Source of the DNA: Hypanus sabinus
Lineage: Eukaryota
Direction of reading: 5' to 3'
Length of the DNA stretch: 64,000 nucleotides
Assembly: GCF_030144855.1 (NCBI RefSeq)
Contig: NC_082722.1
Location: 19,778,001-19,842,000, forward strand
How positions within the stretch are numbered: the stretch's first letter is position 1; every line of letters starts with the position of its first letter. Both the position numbers and the translations under genes were made by a program. The notes under the pieces are model-generated. The model ran no database searches. It saw only the letters and a list, made by a program, of their open reading frames with translations, and was not told the DNA's origin. Shown here one piece after another: positions 51,690 through 62,841 of this stretch.

Positions 51690-52450
51690 CTGCGAAACGG
51701 CTCGGGCAGTCTACTGTAGCCAGAGCTCAATGTGGCCTCCCCTAAATTGTTGAGACTCAACGTAAACTGGGGACCACTTTTTCAAGGGGTGCCTGACGGC
51801 GAATTGTTCCAGTTCATTCCAAAATGCGGAATTTGCTCGTGGCCAATTATTTTTATTCCTATCCATTCACATTCGGACATTTCGATTCATGTTCTCTTCT
51901 TACGACTTCATGAGGCTACTCTCAGGGTGGGTGAGCAACACCTCGGATTAAGTCTAGTTAGCCTCCAACCGGACGACATGAACATCTACTTTTCATTCAT
52001 GTATTTTTCCCTCCCACATCTCTCTTCTGATCCCACCTTTGTCCTCGTATCTCCTCTGCTCTCCTGCTTATAACTTCCACTTCCGCCCCACTTCCTTCCC
52101 TTTCTCGCATAGTCTACTCTCCTCTCTTATTAGATTCCTTATTCTCCAGCTCTTACCATTTTCAACCTCTTTCCTCCCAGTTTCTTACTTCATCCCACCG
52201 CCCAACTGCACACGCTCCTCTCCACCCCGCACCCCACAAAGCCCACTCAGTTTGGCTTCAGCTATTGCCTTCAAATTCGTCCTCCATACCCCAGCCTTTT
52301 ATTTTGGAAACTTCCATCCTCCTTTCCAGAGCTAATGAAGGGACTCGGACCGAAACGTTGATCGTTCACTCACTTCCATAGATGCGGTCTGATCTGTTGA
52401 GTTCACCTTGTGCGTGTTGCTCTGGATTTACAGTATTTGCAGAATCTTTT
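51690..52450 (+). mobile_element. Penelope-like 3' part, paralog of 26450-27150
   Basis: ORF 51732-52073 HSHSDISIH...LHEATLRVGEQHL...LQPDDMNIYF. Confidence 0.7.
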
Positions 52451-52528
52451 GCGTTCCTGATATTAATGCTCTTTAATCAGTCCTCTGAGAAAATATTGGA
52501 CATTAGGGGAAAATGGGAAAACTGGGAG

Positions 52529-52713
52529 CTAAAGGTTACATGCTGTGCCTGACGGAGAATTGCTGCGATAGCTGCCGCTGAAAGAAGGGTAGCAGGAGCC
52601 TACAGCATGTCACATTGGTTTTGGACTCGTTCTTCTCGCTATCTTTTCAAATATATTAATGAAGTGACGCAGAACCTTGGGGATGAATATCAGGTTGGAT
52701 AGCACAGTAATTT
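52529..52713 (-). pseudogene. Antisense TM(-cytoplasmic) exon, copy d
   Basis: Same acceptor; EITVLSNLIFIPKVLRHFINIFEKIARR. In-frame 6-nt deletion and TGA at 52612-52610 relative to copy b; same final TAG; ATTAAA at 52477-52472. Confidence 0.45.
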
Positions 52714-52839
52714 CTGGACAACAGCAGCAAAATTTTTACAAATAAAGCCGATGTCCACAAAAAAAGAGAGGAAAACTGGAGATTAACAGTTGATCGAGTA
52801 GCGTCAGGGAGAGTGAAGCAGATCTAAGATTTCTGATCG

Positions 52840-53138
52840 ATCGTCGGATGAATGGTTGCAAATTACGGGAATGATATTGCTTCTCACTCTTGGATACTCC
52901 CTCCTCTACTGAATACATTTTACGTTATAGACCAAGTACTGTGGAATCTGCAATCCTTGCAATAAGACTGTAAGTACTTTTTAACTATGACAACGTTCCT
53001 GATGGCTGGGGAAAGATTTTATGTGATAACGGCATACCCATGGTAAAAGTCAGATATTGCACAATTCGTAGTGTTTCCTGAAGTGTCCGAAACGCCTTTT
53101 GAGAAAATTAATCGAATAGCCTTCAGAGTTAAGAGGAA
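52840..53138 (-). pseudogene. Antisense C1-exon relic, copy d
   Basis: gatttgacag acceptor; TNCAISDFYHGYAVIT* (Cys 53063-53061) resembles the Ig light-chain C1 motif C-L-I-S-D-F-Y-P-G-x-V-x-V-x-W; later QE*E at the second Trp position. Confidence 0.6.
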
Positions 53139-53344
53139 CTGTCAAATCGAAAAGTTTTTAAACATCTGGTTTTTTTTGGTAAAATTCAAAACTTCTCAAA
53201 TCTTCCAAATCGAAAACAAAAACTAAAGATTTAAATCGTTCGAAACTCCAAAGAAATAATTTTCTTAGTTATCAATACTTTCAAACAGATCAAACACCGT
53301 TTTAGGCAGTGAATAAATTTCAGTAATGAATAAAGTGACGTTAG

Positions 53345-54210
53345 TGCAAGTTTTTGAGTCCTTGTCTGTGCATGTGAATGCTCACAGTTTCAGACATTGC
53401 TCTGTGGGAGTGGTGTGATGGAGGCCACAGCTCTGGGGCAGAAGCTGTTCCTCTGTCTATCTGTTCTGTCTTTTAGTGTCCTGAACCTTTTGCTGGACGG
53501 CAGCGGGTCAAACAGGGAGTGGCTAGGGTGTGTGGTATCTCTGTTTATTCTGATTGCTTTCCCCCTGAGTCTGCTGGAATAGGTGGTGTCCAGTCCCGGG
53601 AGCTCCATGCCGACAATTTGCTGGGCCGCCTTCACCACGCGATGCAGATCTTGTCGCTCACCGGCTGTGCAGCTGGTATACCACAATGTGGCGCTGTTGA
53701 TTAGGATGGTTTCAATTGTGCTTCTGTAGAAGTTCAACAACAGCTTTTGTGGGAGTTTGGCCTGTTTCAGGTTTCTGAGAAAGAAAAGAGTCTTTGTTGT
53801 GCCTTTTTTTTTGCAATCAGCGAGGTGTTGGTGGTCCATAACAGCTGTTTTGACAACATAACTCCAAGTAACTTTAGGTTTTCCACACTTTCCACTAACT
53901 CTCCATGTATATGAAGGGGGTTGTGTATTCTGTCATTTGATCTTCTGAAGTCAATGATCATCTCTTTTGTTTTAGAAGTGTTAAGGACCAGGTCGTTGTC
54001 CTTGCATCATTCCGTCAAATGATCCACCTCGAGCCTGTAGTCTGTCCCATCCTCTTCTGAGATCAGGCCAACCACTGTGTTACCGTCCGCAAATTTAATT
54101 ATGAAGTTGGAGGTGTAGATGAGGTTGCAGCATACTACTGTGCTGGGAGAGTTTGTGCGTGAATCGCAAATGGTCTGTGTACAGTTGCAGCAGGCTATCA
54201 AGAAGGCAAA
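53345..54210 (-). mobile_element. Rex1/Babar RT 3' fragment
   Basis: KFADGNTVVGLIS; TLFFLRNLKQAKLPQKLLLNFYRSTIETIL. Confidence 0.8.
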
Positions 54211-54214
54211 TGGA

Positions 54215-54790
54215 ACGCAAAAGGAACAGAATTTGAGAGCAATGAGTTTATGCTACAGCAGTATATGGTACTGATGAGGCCGCACCCAGAGAACTGCGTG
54301 CAGGTCTGGTCTTCTTACTTGAGAAAGGATTTACGGAAGGCAGTGCAGAGGACGTTCACCAGGTTGATTCCAGAGATGACAGGGTTAAACTATGAAAAAT
54401 TATCCAGTCGCCTGGGACTGTACTCGCTGGAATTCAGAAGGATGAGAGGAAATCTTATAAAAACATAAAACTATAAAAAGGGTTGGATAGGATAGAGCCA
54501 GGAAAGTTATTACGATTAGGGGCTACTTGAGAATAGAACTCGGGATATCGCCTCAAGATTCGGGGGAGTAACATTAAGATAGAGTTTCAGAGGAACTGCT
54601 TTTCCCAAAGAGCGCTGAATCTGTGGAAATCTCTGCCCAGTGAATCAGGGGTGTCCACCTCAGTAAATATATTTTTGCACAGCAGGCAAATTCAGCATTA
54701 TGGGGAAATGCAGGTAGATGAAGACGTGTCCCACGTTAGATCGGCCATGATCTTGTAGGTTCTATGAGCCAGGTGGCCTAATGCTGTTTC
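54215..54790 (+). mobile_element. CR1 3' fragment
   Basis: LMRPHPENCVQVWSSYLRKD...LGLYSLEFRRMRG and 3' UTR. Confidence 0.75.
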
Positions 54791-56111
54791 TATTTCTTAT
54801 ATTGTTACGAAATTCTTGAATTTACACATAGACTATTACATAGTAAATAAATCCAATATATTAAAAATACATTAAATAATAAAAACTAAGATTCCAAAAG
54901 AGGTACTTCGACAGGTCGATGAAGTAAATTTTATCATTACTTTTGTCCAGGAGGAAATGTGAAGAAAGTTTAGGCCTTGCGTGGAGTTGTACATATATAA
55001 TCGGGATTATGGTTTTCTGGTTTCATAGTGGTATTCCGCAACGGCTGGTATTGCAAATATTTCTTTTCCCATTATACATCTATGATTTGGATGATAGAAT
55101 TTATTACTTTGTGGCAATGGCTTCAGAAGAAGTTGGGGTAATATAATAGAACGACTGAAATAACGACCTGTGGTAATGGCATAGATATGTATTCTGGAAT
55201 ACAATACCATTCCATTTCTTTCCCTATTAGTCCAACCCAGCTCAATTTTGCTGCAGATTGAGATTTTTTTTCAGAAAGCCGGAAATGTTCACCAATAAAT
55301 GTTGTGACCGGAAGATTTCATTATAATGACCATCAGTTATAAAATCTACGTTATATTATTGCAACAGATAGCATATGACATGGCTGTAATATTATACCTT
55401 ATGCAATTCAGTTCTATTACTCTCTCTATCCAATTGACCGTTGCATGCGTTTGTGGAAAGTCAACCATTTTCCTTCGTTCACTTTGCCGTTAAATTCTCG
55501 CCATTTGTTAGATTGAAAACTACAAACGCAAGATCGTGAAGAAATGCGTATTTAATAAGTCTGGGTAGAATCATTTGAAAAGTATGTTTGACTTTGCTAA
55601 ATTATGTGCAAAAGACAATTTTATGTAAGGTTGTTCAAATAGCTCTGTGAGTTGAGAGTACGATCTAACTATCCGGCTGAGAATATCAAGTGGCAGTTTC
55701 CTTCGGTCTTATGTTGATAAAAGTCGGTACTGAGAGGTTGGTATATCTTTGTAATTTTTACCTCCTAACATTGGGCATGTGTATTCATTGGAAACATCCG
55801 AGACTGATGTCATTATATTTCATGCCACTTGAGAATCGAAGCATCTAAACTGTATAGGAAAGTCAGAGAGGATCGAGCATAATTTTCAAGTTGGGCACTT
55901 TAAGAACAGTCAAATAATACTTATGTTTCAAATATTCACAAATGATATTTGAGTACATCCATTGTTCCATACTCTGCTCTTGACTTTAACTATTTGCACA
56001 TGTCTCCGCCTTTGGCTACCTCTGCACTTAAAACTGGAATTCTCTCTGAAATTGTCTTTCGTTCATTACTTAATCTGAACCTTCTCGTTTGTTTCTCCAT
56101 TTTTCAGCAAG

Positions 56112-56189
56112 TATCTGGTCGCTTCTCATACATGGTTCGGATTGTGCTTTTTAATAATCTATTAATGCATCTTGTGATGACTTGTGAAT
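56112..56189 (+). pseudogene. Candidate TCR alpha/delta-like TM exon
   Basis: Long polypyrimidine tract then ttttcagcaag|TA (phase 1); VSGRFSYMVRIVLFNNLLMHLVMTCE; possible donor T|gtaaaa at 56190, or read-through to TAA 56218. Confidence 0.35.
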
Positions 56190-57399
56190 GTAAAACGTCA
56201 TTTTCTCTTGTTTGCTAATGGGATCTGCTGAGAGAGTTTTCGAGTGACAGTTCGGAAACAAACGAGGTAATTTCGAATCTGCGAAGCAACTATCTGCAAA
56301 GGCATTGGAAAAAGAAAATTTTACTTAATCCAGTTTAAAAATACTCATTGTAAGGAACAAAAGCACAAACCCGAGATTATCTGCAGATGCTGGAACTCCA
56401 AACAACACACGGAAAATGCTGGAGTCTCGCCCGAAACGTCAATATCTATTCTCCACAGATGCTGCTTGGCCTGCTGACTTTCTCTGGAATTTCGTGTATG
56501 TTGCACTGTAAAGAACCACTATATAAGATGATCTGTTCGCTCCATGAGTCCTTTCATCACAGTAAAACTCGTGTCATACCGCGTCTCTTGTAATATGTTC
56601 AAGCCTGAATTACCCATAAAACGCTCTACGTTCTTGTCTCATGGTCTCTATATATTTATATATATTTCACAGTTCCTTCTTTTTAAAATGATCTAGAAGA
56701 CAGGAATAAACCCCTTATTCTTAGATGTGGATTGGTCGAAATGGCAATTGTAATTCTGATTATAACTTTGATAAGAATCGGAGTTAAGACAAAACGTGGT
56801 AAGGACAGCAATGATTTGACAAGCATTTCCACTTATTACCTCTACAGATTGAAAAGAGACATGATAATGAGATAATCAATATTTGCAAGGCATTATCGGA
56901 TTTACTTTCGACAATAATAATTATCAATAACAGGATAATTTTACATTCCCGTTCAAGTTATCCAATTATCCCTTTTACCTACTTTTGTCAGTCACCAACG
57001 TTTTTCCAGCATTGATTTCCTGTGGCGATTTTACACTAGTAATAATACTCTCACTGTTGTAGTTTTGTTCTTTTGAGATATAACATGATTTATATTCTGC
57101 TACCGCCACTCTACTCTTTCAATCAAAATCTAGGTCCACCACATTCAGGAAGGGTCATGCACAGCATATTTCATGGCCACACGTGCGCCGGTACTATTTT
57201 GAACAGCTGTCAAGAGTTTCAACATTCGGCAAGAAGTATGATTGCAATCCAATGCGCAACTTCAAATTTTCTAACATTACCGCTATTATTTAAGGTGTTG
57301 TATATTTTTAAATCCATTCTGCATTAAAGCAACGTCTGAAGAAGCAAGTCAGAGCGGAGAACCGGTAGGTGAAACAGCTATAATTTTTGCTTCTGAGAG

Positions 57400-59050
57400 G
57401 GGTATATTAGAAACACAGAAACACGGAAAACCTGCATCATAATCCAGACCCTTCGGCCCAAAAAGCTGAGCCGCACAGATCCTTTCCCTAGAAAGTACCT
57501 AGGGGTACCCCTAATCCTCTACTTTTCGGAGCTGCATGTATTTGTCTAGGAAACTCTTAAAACACCCTATCGTTGAAGCCTCCATCGCCGCTGCCAGCAG
57601 CCCATTCCATGCAGTCATCATGCGGAAAAAGGTAGCCCTGACATCTCCTCAGTACCTACTTCCAAGCAGTTTAGAACTGTGCCCTCTTTTGCTAGCCATT
57701 TCAGCTCTGGGATCCACACGATCAATGCATCACATCATCTTATATACCTCTATCAGGTCTCCTGTCATCCACCGTCGCTCCCAAGAAAAAAAAGCTGAGT
57801 TCACTCAACCTGTTCTCATAAGTCATGCTCCCAATCCAGGCAATATCCTTGCAAATATCCTCTACACCCTTTCTATGGATTCTACGTCATTTCCACAGTG
57901 AGCTGAACAGAACTGAGCACTGTACTCCAGTTGGAGTCTGACCAGGGTCCTATAGAGCTACAACATTACCTCTCGGCTTCTAAAGTCAATCCCACGATTG
58001 ATGAAGACCACTGTACCATAAGCTTTCTTAACCACAGATTCAACCTACGCAGCAGCTTTGAGTGTCCTATAGATTTGGACCCCGTGAATGCTCTGATCCT
58101 CCACACTGCGAAGGGTCTTACCATTAATACTCTATTCTGACATGACATTTGACCTACCAAAATGAACTACCTCACCGTTACCTGTGTTGACCTGAATCTG
58201 CCTCTTCTCACGCCAGTTTTGCATCTATTAATGTCCCGCTGTAACCTCGGACAGCCCTCCACAATATCTACAACATCTCCAAATGTTGTGTCATCAGAAA
58301 ATTTACTAATCCATCCCTCTACTTCTTCTTTTAGGTCTTTTTAAAAAAAATCAGGAAGAGTAGGGGACCCCAGAACAAATCCACGGGGCAAAACACTGGT
58401 CACGGATTCTCTATGCAGAATATGAACCATCCTTAACTACTCTTTGCATTCCGTGGGAAAGCCAATTCTGGATCCACATGGCAATGTCCCCTTGGATCCT
58501 ATGGCTCCTACTTTTCCAATGAGCCTTGCATAGATTACCTTGTCAAAAGACTTGCTAAAATCCATCTACATTACATCCACTGCTCTACCTGCATCAATCT
58601 GTTTCGTCGCATCCACAAAAAATTCAATCAGGCTCATAAGGCACGACTTGCCTTTGACAAAGGCATGCTGACTAGTCCTAATCATATAATGCCTCTCCAC
58701 ATGTTAATAAATACTGAATCTCAGGATCTTGTCCATAAACTTACCAACTGCTGAAGCAAGACTCACTCGCCTATAATTTCCTGGGCTATCACTACTCCCT
58801 TTCTAGAATAAAGGAACGACTTCAGCAACCCTCCAATCTTCCGGAACCTCACCAGTGATGCTGCAAAGATCGTCGCCAGAGGCTCAGCAATCTCCTCCCA
58901 TGTCTCCCACATTAGCCTGGGGTACATCTTGTACGGTCCTGCTGACTTATCCAACTTGATGTTCTCGAAAACTCCAACACATCCTCTTTCTTAATATATA
59001 TATGCTGAAGCTTTTCAGTCCGCTCTAAGTTATCCCTACAATCGCCAAGA
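57400..59050 (-). mobile_element. Old CR1 with internal deletions
   Basis: 3' UTR near 57410-57530; RT segments to MDKSAGPYKMYPRL. Confidence 0.75.
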
Positions 59051-60512
59051 TCCTTTTCCGTGGTGAATACTGATACCAACTATACATTAAATACATCTGC
59101 TATCTCCTCCGTTTTCATATACATTTCAGGAATGTCATACTTGATTCGTCCTATTCTCCAGCAGCTTATCCGCTTGCTTTTCACATACCTATTGGTAAAG
59201 AAATATTATGATCAATTACGACCTAAGCATGGATATCTCTGTGACTGCATGAGAACTGATGACAAACTGACCTGCACAACTCTGCTTCAATTGTCCGTAG
59301 TGCCCGAGGAGTACAAAGGTGACAGTTGTCCTCGCGGAAACTATTGGGGAAAGGAGGGAAAAGGAAATGACTGCGGAAGGAAGAAGATGACGATAAAGCC
59401 AGATGAAATGCGAACCAGGGTTAACCAGCCGACTGAATACGAGAGCACCGAATTGGTTTAGTATAACATCAGAGCGAGATTTTGGAGATTTCCTATTCAA
59501 GGATAAAGTCCTTGCAATTACTGATGTACTGAAGAGGGAAGTTCAGGTTTCAGTACTGTTTGTCATCTAGTTCTAAGACACTTAAGAATATAAAATTGTT
59601 GGCATAATTAATAACTTCGGGGAGGCAACGAAATTGCTGATACATTAGAAATCAAAGCTCACCAAGACAACGAACCGGGAAAGCGGTGCTTCAAGTTCAG
59701 TTAGAATTTAACTCTGAAAATGGCGAAATGTTGCATTTTAGTTGGTTAAAATAAAGCTGGAATTAAACAGTAAATTGCTCTGGGGTTTGAAGTAGAATGC
59801 AGTAACTTAGGGCAAGTGGCGATGGAGGTGGACAGAAAGGGAAAAAAGGTGCTATTCACACAGACACAACTGTTGGGGCAATGAATGCAGGGTCTGGGAT
59901 GCCCAGTTATACTATACACATCGTTGGTGAAACGCTAGGAGTATTCTGTTCATTACTGATCGCCCCGCTATAGAAAACTCATGACAGTCCTTAACACACT
60001 GCAGAAAAGACTGACGAATATGTTTTCAGGACAACAAGATTTCAGCTGCAGGAGAGGCTAGGGTTATACTTCCTTGAGTACAAGTGGTTGAGCGATGACC
60101 TTATATAGGAATATAAATATACGAAGGGAGCAGGCAGACTTAGTTTACAGTCTTTTACTCAGGATAGATTAATCGAAAATGAAAATACATCAATTCAAGG
60201 TGTGATAGAAAATATTTAAATGGGTCTAAGGAAAGTTTTTCTGAAAATACAAGATTGGTAAATGTTGAATGTACCAGAATGTAAAGGTCGGCTCGGTAGC
60301 AATGTGTGAAATACAGTTGGATTGGCATGTTAAGATATGTTGAGAGCAAGAGGATTACAAGAGACAAAAATGCAACCCTGTGAGATCAGAATGATAATCT
60401 ATGCATGGAGCCAAAAGAAAATAGGGAGATCGTAAATGGATTCTTGGCATCTGAATTTACTCGGGAGACGGACACAGGGTCTACAGAAGTGACACAAGGA
60501 AGCAATAAGGTT

Positions 60513-60653
60513 ATGGTTTTGTATTTCTTCATTCAAAACTTTAAAAATTGTGTCTAAGACCAAAGGGAACCCAGCATGACTTATTACTGTATGCTCATTC
60601 TTCCGTTCTCTTCTCTCTAGCTATCTCCGTCTGATCCAACACGTTAACTTTAG
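60513..60653 (+). pseudogene. TM-exon relic, inverted copy e
   Basis: MVLYFFIQNF... and agaccaaaggga...cagcatg...tctccgtc...cgttaactttag match the reverse complement of 27234-27390. Truncated on the left by CR1 sequence and frameshifted. Confidence 0.45.
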
Positions 60654-60739
60654 TTCCCAATATTCTCATTTTCCGCATAAGTCAAACATTTTTTACAAAT
60701 TCTCATAAAAGAGTATTCACATCACTAAAAAAAGAGATT

Positions 60740-61510
60740 TTGCAGTGTTGCAGGCAATCCAGAACAACACACAGAAAACTGTAAAGGAACATAGCCGGGA
60801 AAGAGGCATATATGGAAGAGATAAACAGCCGATGTTTCGGGCCAAGACGCTTCATCAGCATTGGAAAGGAAGAGGAAAGATGCCAGATATAAACGTGGGA
60901 GTGTGGAAGAAAGTCTAATTAGAAGGTCATGGGTAAAGCCAGGTGAGTGGGGGAGAGGCGATGAAGTAAGAATCTGGGAGGTGATAGATAGAAAAGGATA
61001 ATACTGTAGAAGAAGGAATTTGCTGGATAGGAAAGTAGACTATGGGAAAAAGGAATAGAGGAAGGGCATCAAGGAAAGGATATAGGCAGGTGTGGAGAAC
61101 CGGTAGGATGCCAGAGTGTGGAAGAGAAGAATACAGAAGGAAATGCGAAAAAATAATGAAAGCAGAAATCGATCTTCATGCCATCAGGTTGGAGGCTACC
61201 TAGACTGAAACTGAGGCGTTAATCCTCCACCCTAAGAGTAGCCTCATGGTGGCAGAAGTAGAAACCGAGGACCAAAATGTCGCGACGAGAATATGGATAG
61301 GAAGGGCAATGACTGGCCACCGGAATTTCCACTTTTAGCGGATACAGTGGAGAAGCTTGAAAAAGCTGTCTGCTAATTTATATTGGGTCGCACCAATGTA
61401 GAGGAGGCCGCGTCGGAAGTACTGGACAGAGTAGAGAAACATAAAAGATTCAGAAATAAAAGTGTTGCCTCACTAGGACGGACTGTTTGGGGCACAGAAT
61501 GGTGGTGCTA
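60740..61510 (-). mobile_element. Penelope-like 3' part, inverted paralog of 26450-27150
   Basis: Reverse complement of the GIY-YIG C-terminus; the flank ttccatttagatttacatttttgatt matches 26370-26395 inverted. Confidence 0.7.
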
Positions 61511-61759
61511 AATTATATATCTCAGATATAAATTTCATGTTGTCTTGGCCTGAATGGAATATTTTCTTCCATTTAGATTTACATTTTTGATTGGAAACCG
61601 AATGCTGTCTTCACACAGGGATCTGCTTATGTCAGTACAAGTTTGACAACACTTCACAGTCATTTACAGAGGAAAATCAGTCTAGAATCTACCTTGGTGT
61701 TGTAATTCATGACACAAAAAAAAACAACAACTTTCTTCAGAGGAAGGTCACTTCTGTTT

Positions 61760-62375
61760 TTAACAGTATCTTCAGACATCAATCGTGGAATTGAATTTAG
61801 GAGCCGAGAGGTAATATTACAGCTACACAGGACCGTAGTCAGGCCCCAGTTGGAGTAGTGTGCTCAGTTCTTGTTGCCTTAATACAGGACCAATGTGTTA
61901 GCCATACAAAGGGTACAAAGGAGAATTACAAGGATGTTGCCTGGATTGGGGACCATGACTTATGAGAATATGTTGAGTAAACTCGGCCTTTTCTCCTTGG
62001 AGCGAAGGAGGATGAGAGGTAACCTGATAGAGCTGTGCAAGATGATGAGAGGCAATGATCATGTGGATAGTCAGGGGCTTTTTCCCAGGGCTGAAATGGT
62101 TGACACAAAAGGACATAGGTTTAAAGTGCTGGGGAGTAGGTACAGAGGAGATGTCAGGGTAAAATTTTTACTCAGAGAGTGGTGAGTGTGTGGAATGGGC
62201 TGCCAGCAATGGAGGTGGAGGGTGATACGACAGGGTCTTTTTAGAGGCTTTTAGATAGATACATCGAGCTCAGTAAAATAGAGGGCTATAGGTAAGCCTA
62301 GTAATTTCTGAGGTAGGGACATGTTCGGCACAACTTTGTTGGCCAAAGGGCCTGTATTGTGATGTAAGTTTTCTG
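61760..62375 (+). mobile_element. CR1 3' end inserted only in the inverted block
   Basis: LAIQRVQRRITRMLPGL...LGLFSLERRRMRG, 3' UTR and ttctatg-type tail. Confidence 0.8.
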
Positions 62376-62722
62376 TTTCTATGAGTCTATATGGAAAAAC
62401 ATTGACAAAATTCCGACCAGATTCCATTATTTTCTGATTCAGATGAAAATAATTCTCAATCCTTCTCCACGTATTCGCTCATGATAGGCTAATCAAGGTT
62501 CTCGGCCCGAATAGTCAATTGTTTGTTCCTCTCCATTGATGCCACGTCACGCTTTGACCGCTGTATGAACAAAAGGTTAGTCTTGACATTGATATTTTTA
62601 TTAGTTTTTCTGTACTACTGTGAGGTATAACTGTTTCCGCAATCGATATGGTCAAAGATGCAAACATTAGAATTGTATTTTATTTGATGTTGTGTTGACG
62701 CTTCACATTTTTCTCTTCGCAG

Positions 62723-62841
62723 AATGCTCAAGCCGTAGAATCGAAACACTGACGTTGCAGAACAACATGAGAATCTTTTAGTTGAGAGGAGGAGGGTTCG
62801 AAGTCACTTATCTTAACTTTCAGCCATTGTGTGTAACCTAA
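62723..62841 (+). pseudogene. Terminal exon relic with EVTYLNF motif, inverted copy e
   Basis: Acceptor cttcacatttttctcttcgcag; CSSRRIETLTLQNNMRIF*LRGGGFEVTYLNFQPLCVT*. The TAG at 62779 is CAG in both paralogs. Confidence 0.5.

Noticed and set aside
52931-52969. Apparent + strand 39-nt micro-exon encoding KYCGICNPC, echoed at about 18305, 27620 and 40667
   Set aside because: Frames and splice sites are inconsistent between copies; the conservation is explained by the antisense C1 relic.
57340-57400. Similarity to 12420 and 36930, suggesting a third + strand gene 3' region
   Set aside because: The shared words (gaaccggtaggtgaa) look like a Penelope-derived fragment.
59300-59336. J-like STKVTVVL motif
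   Set aside because: No properly spaced RSS, no donor, and no convincing upstream V core.
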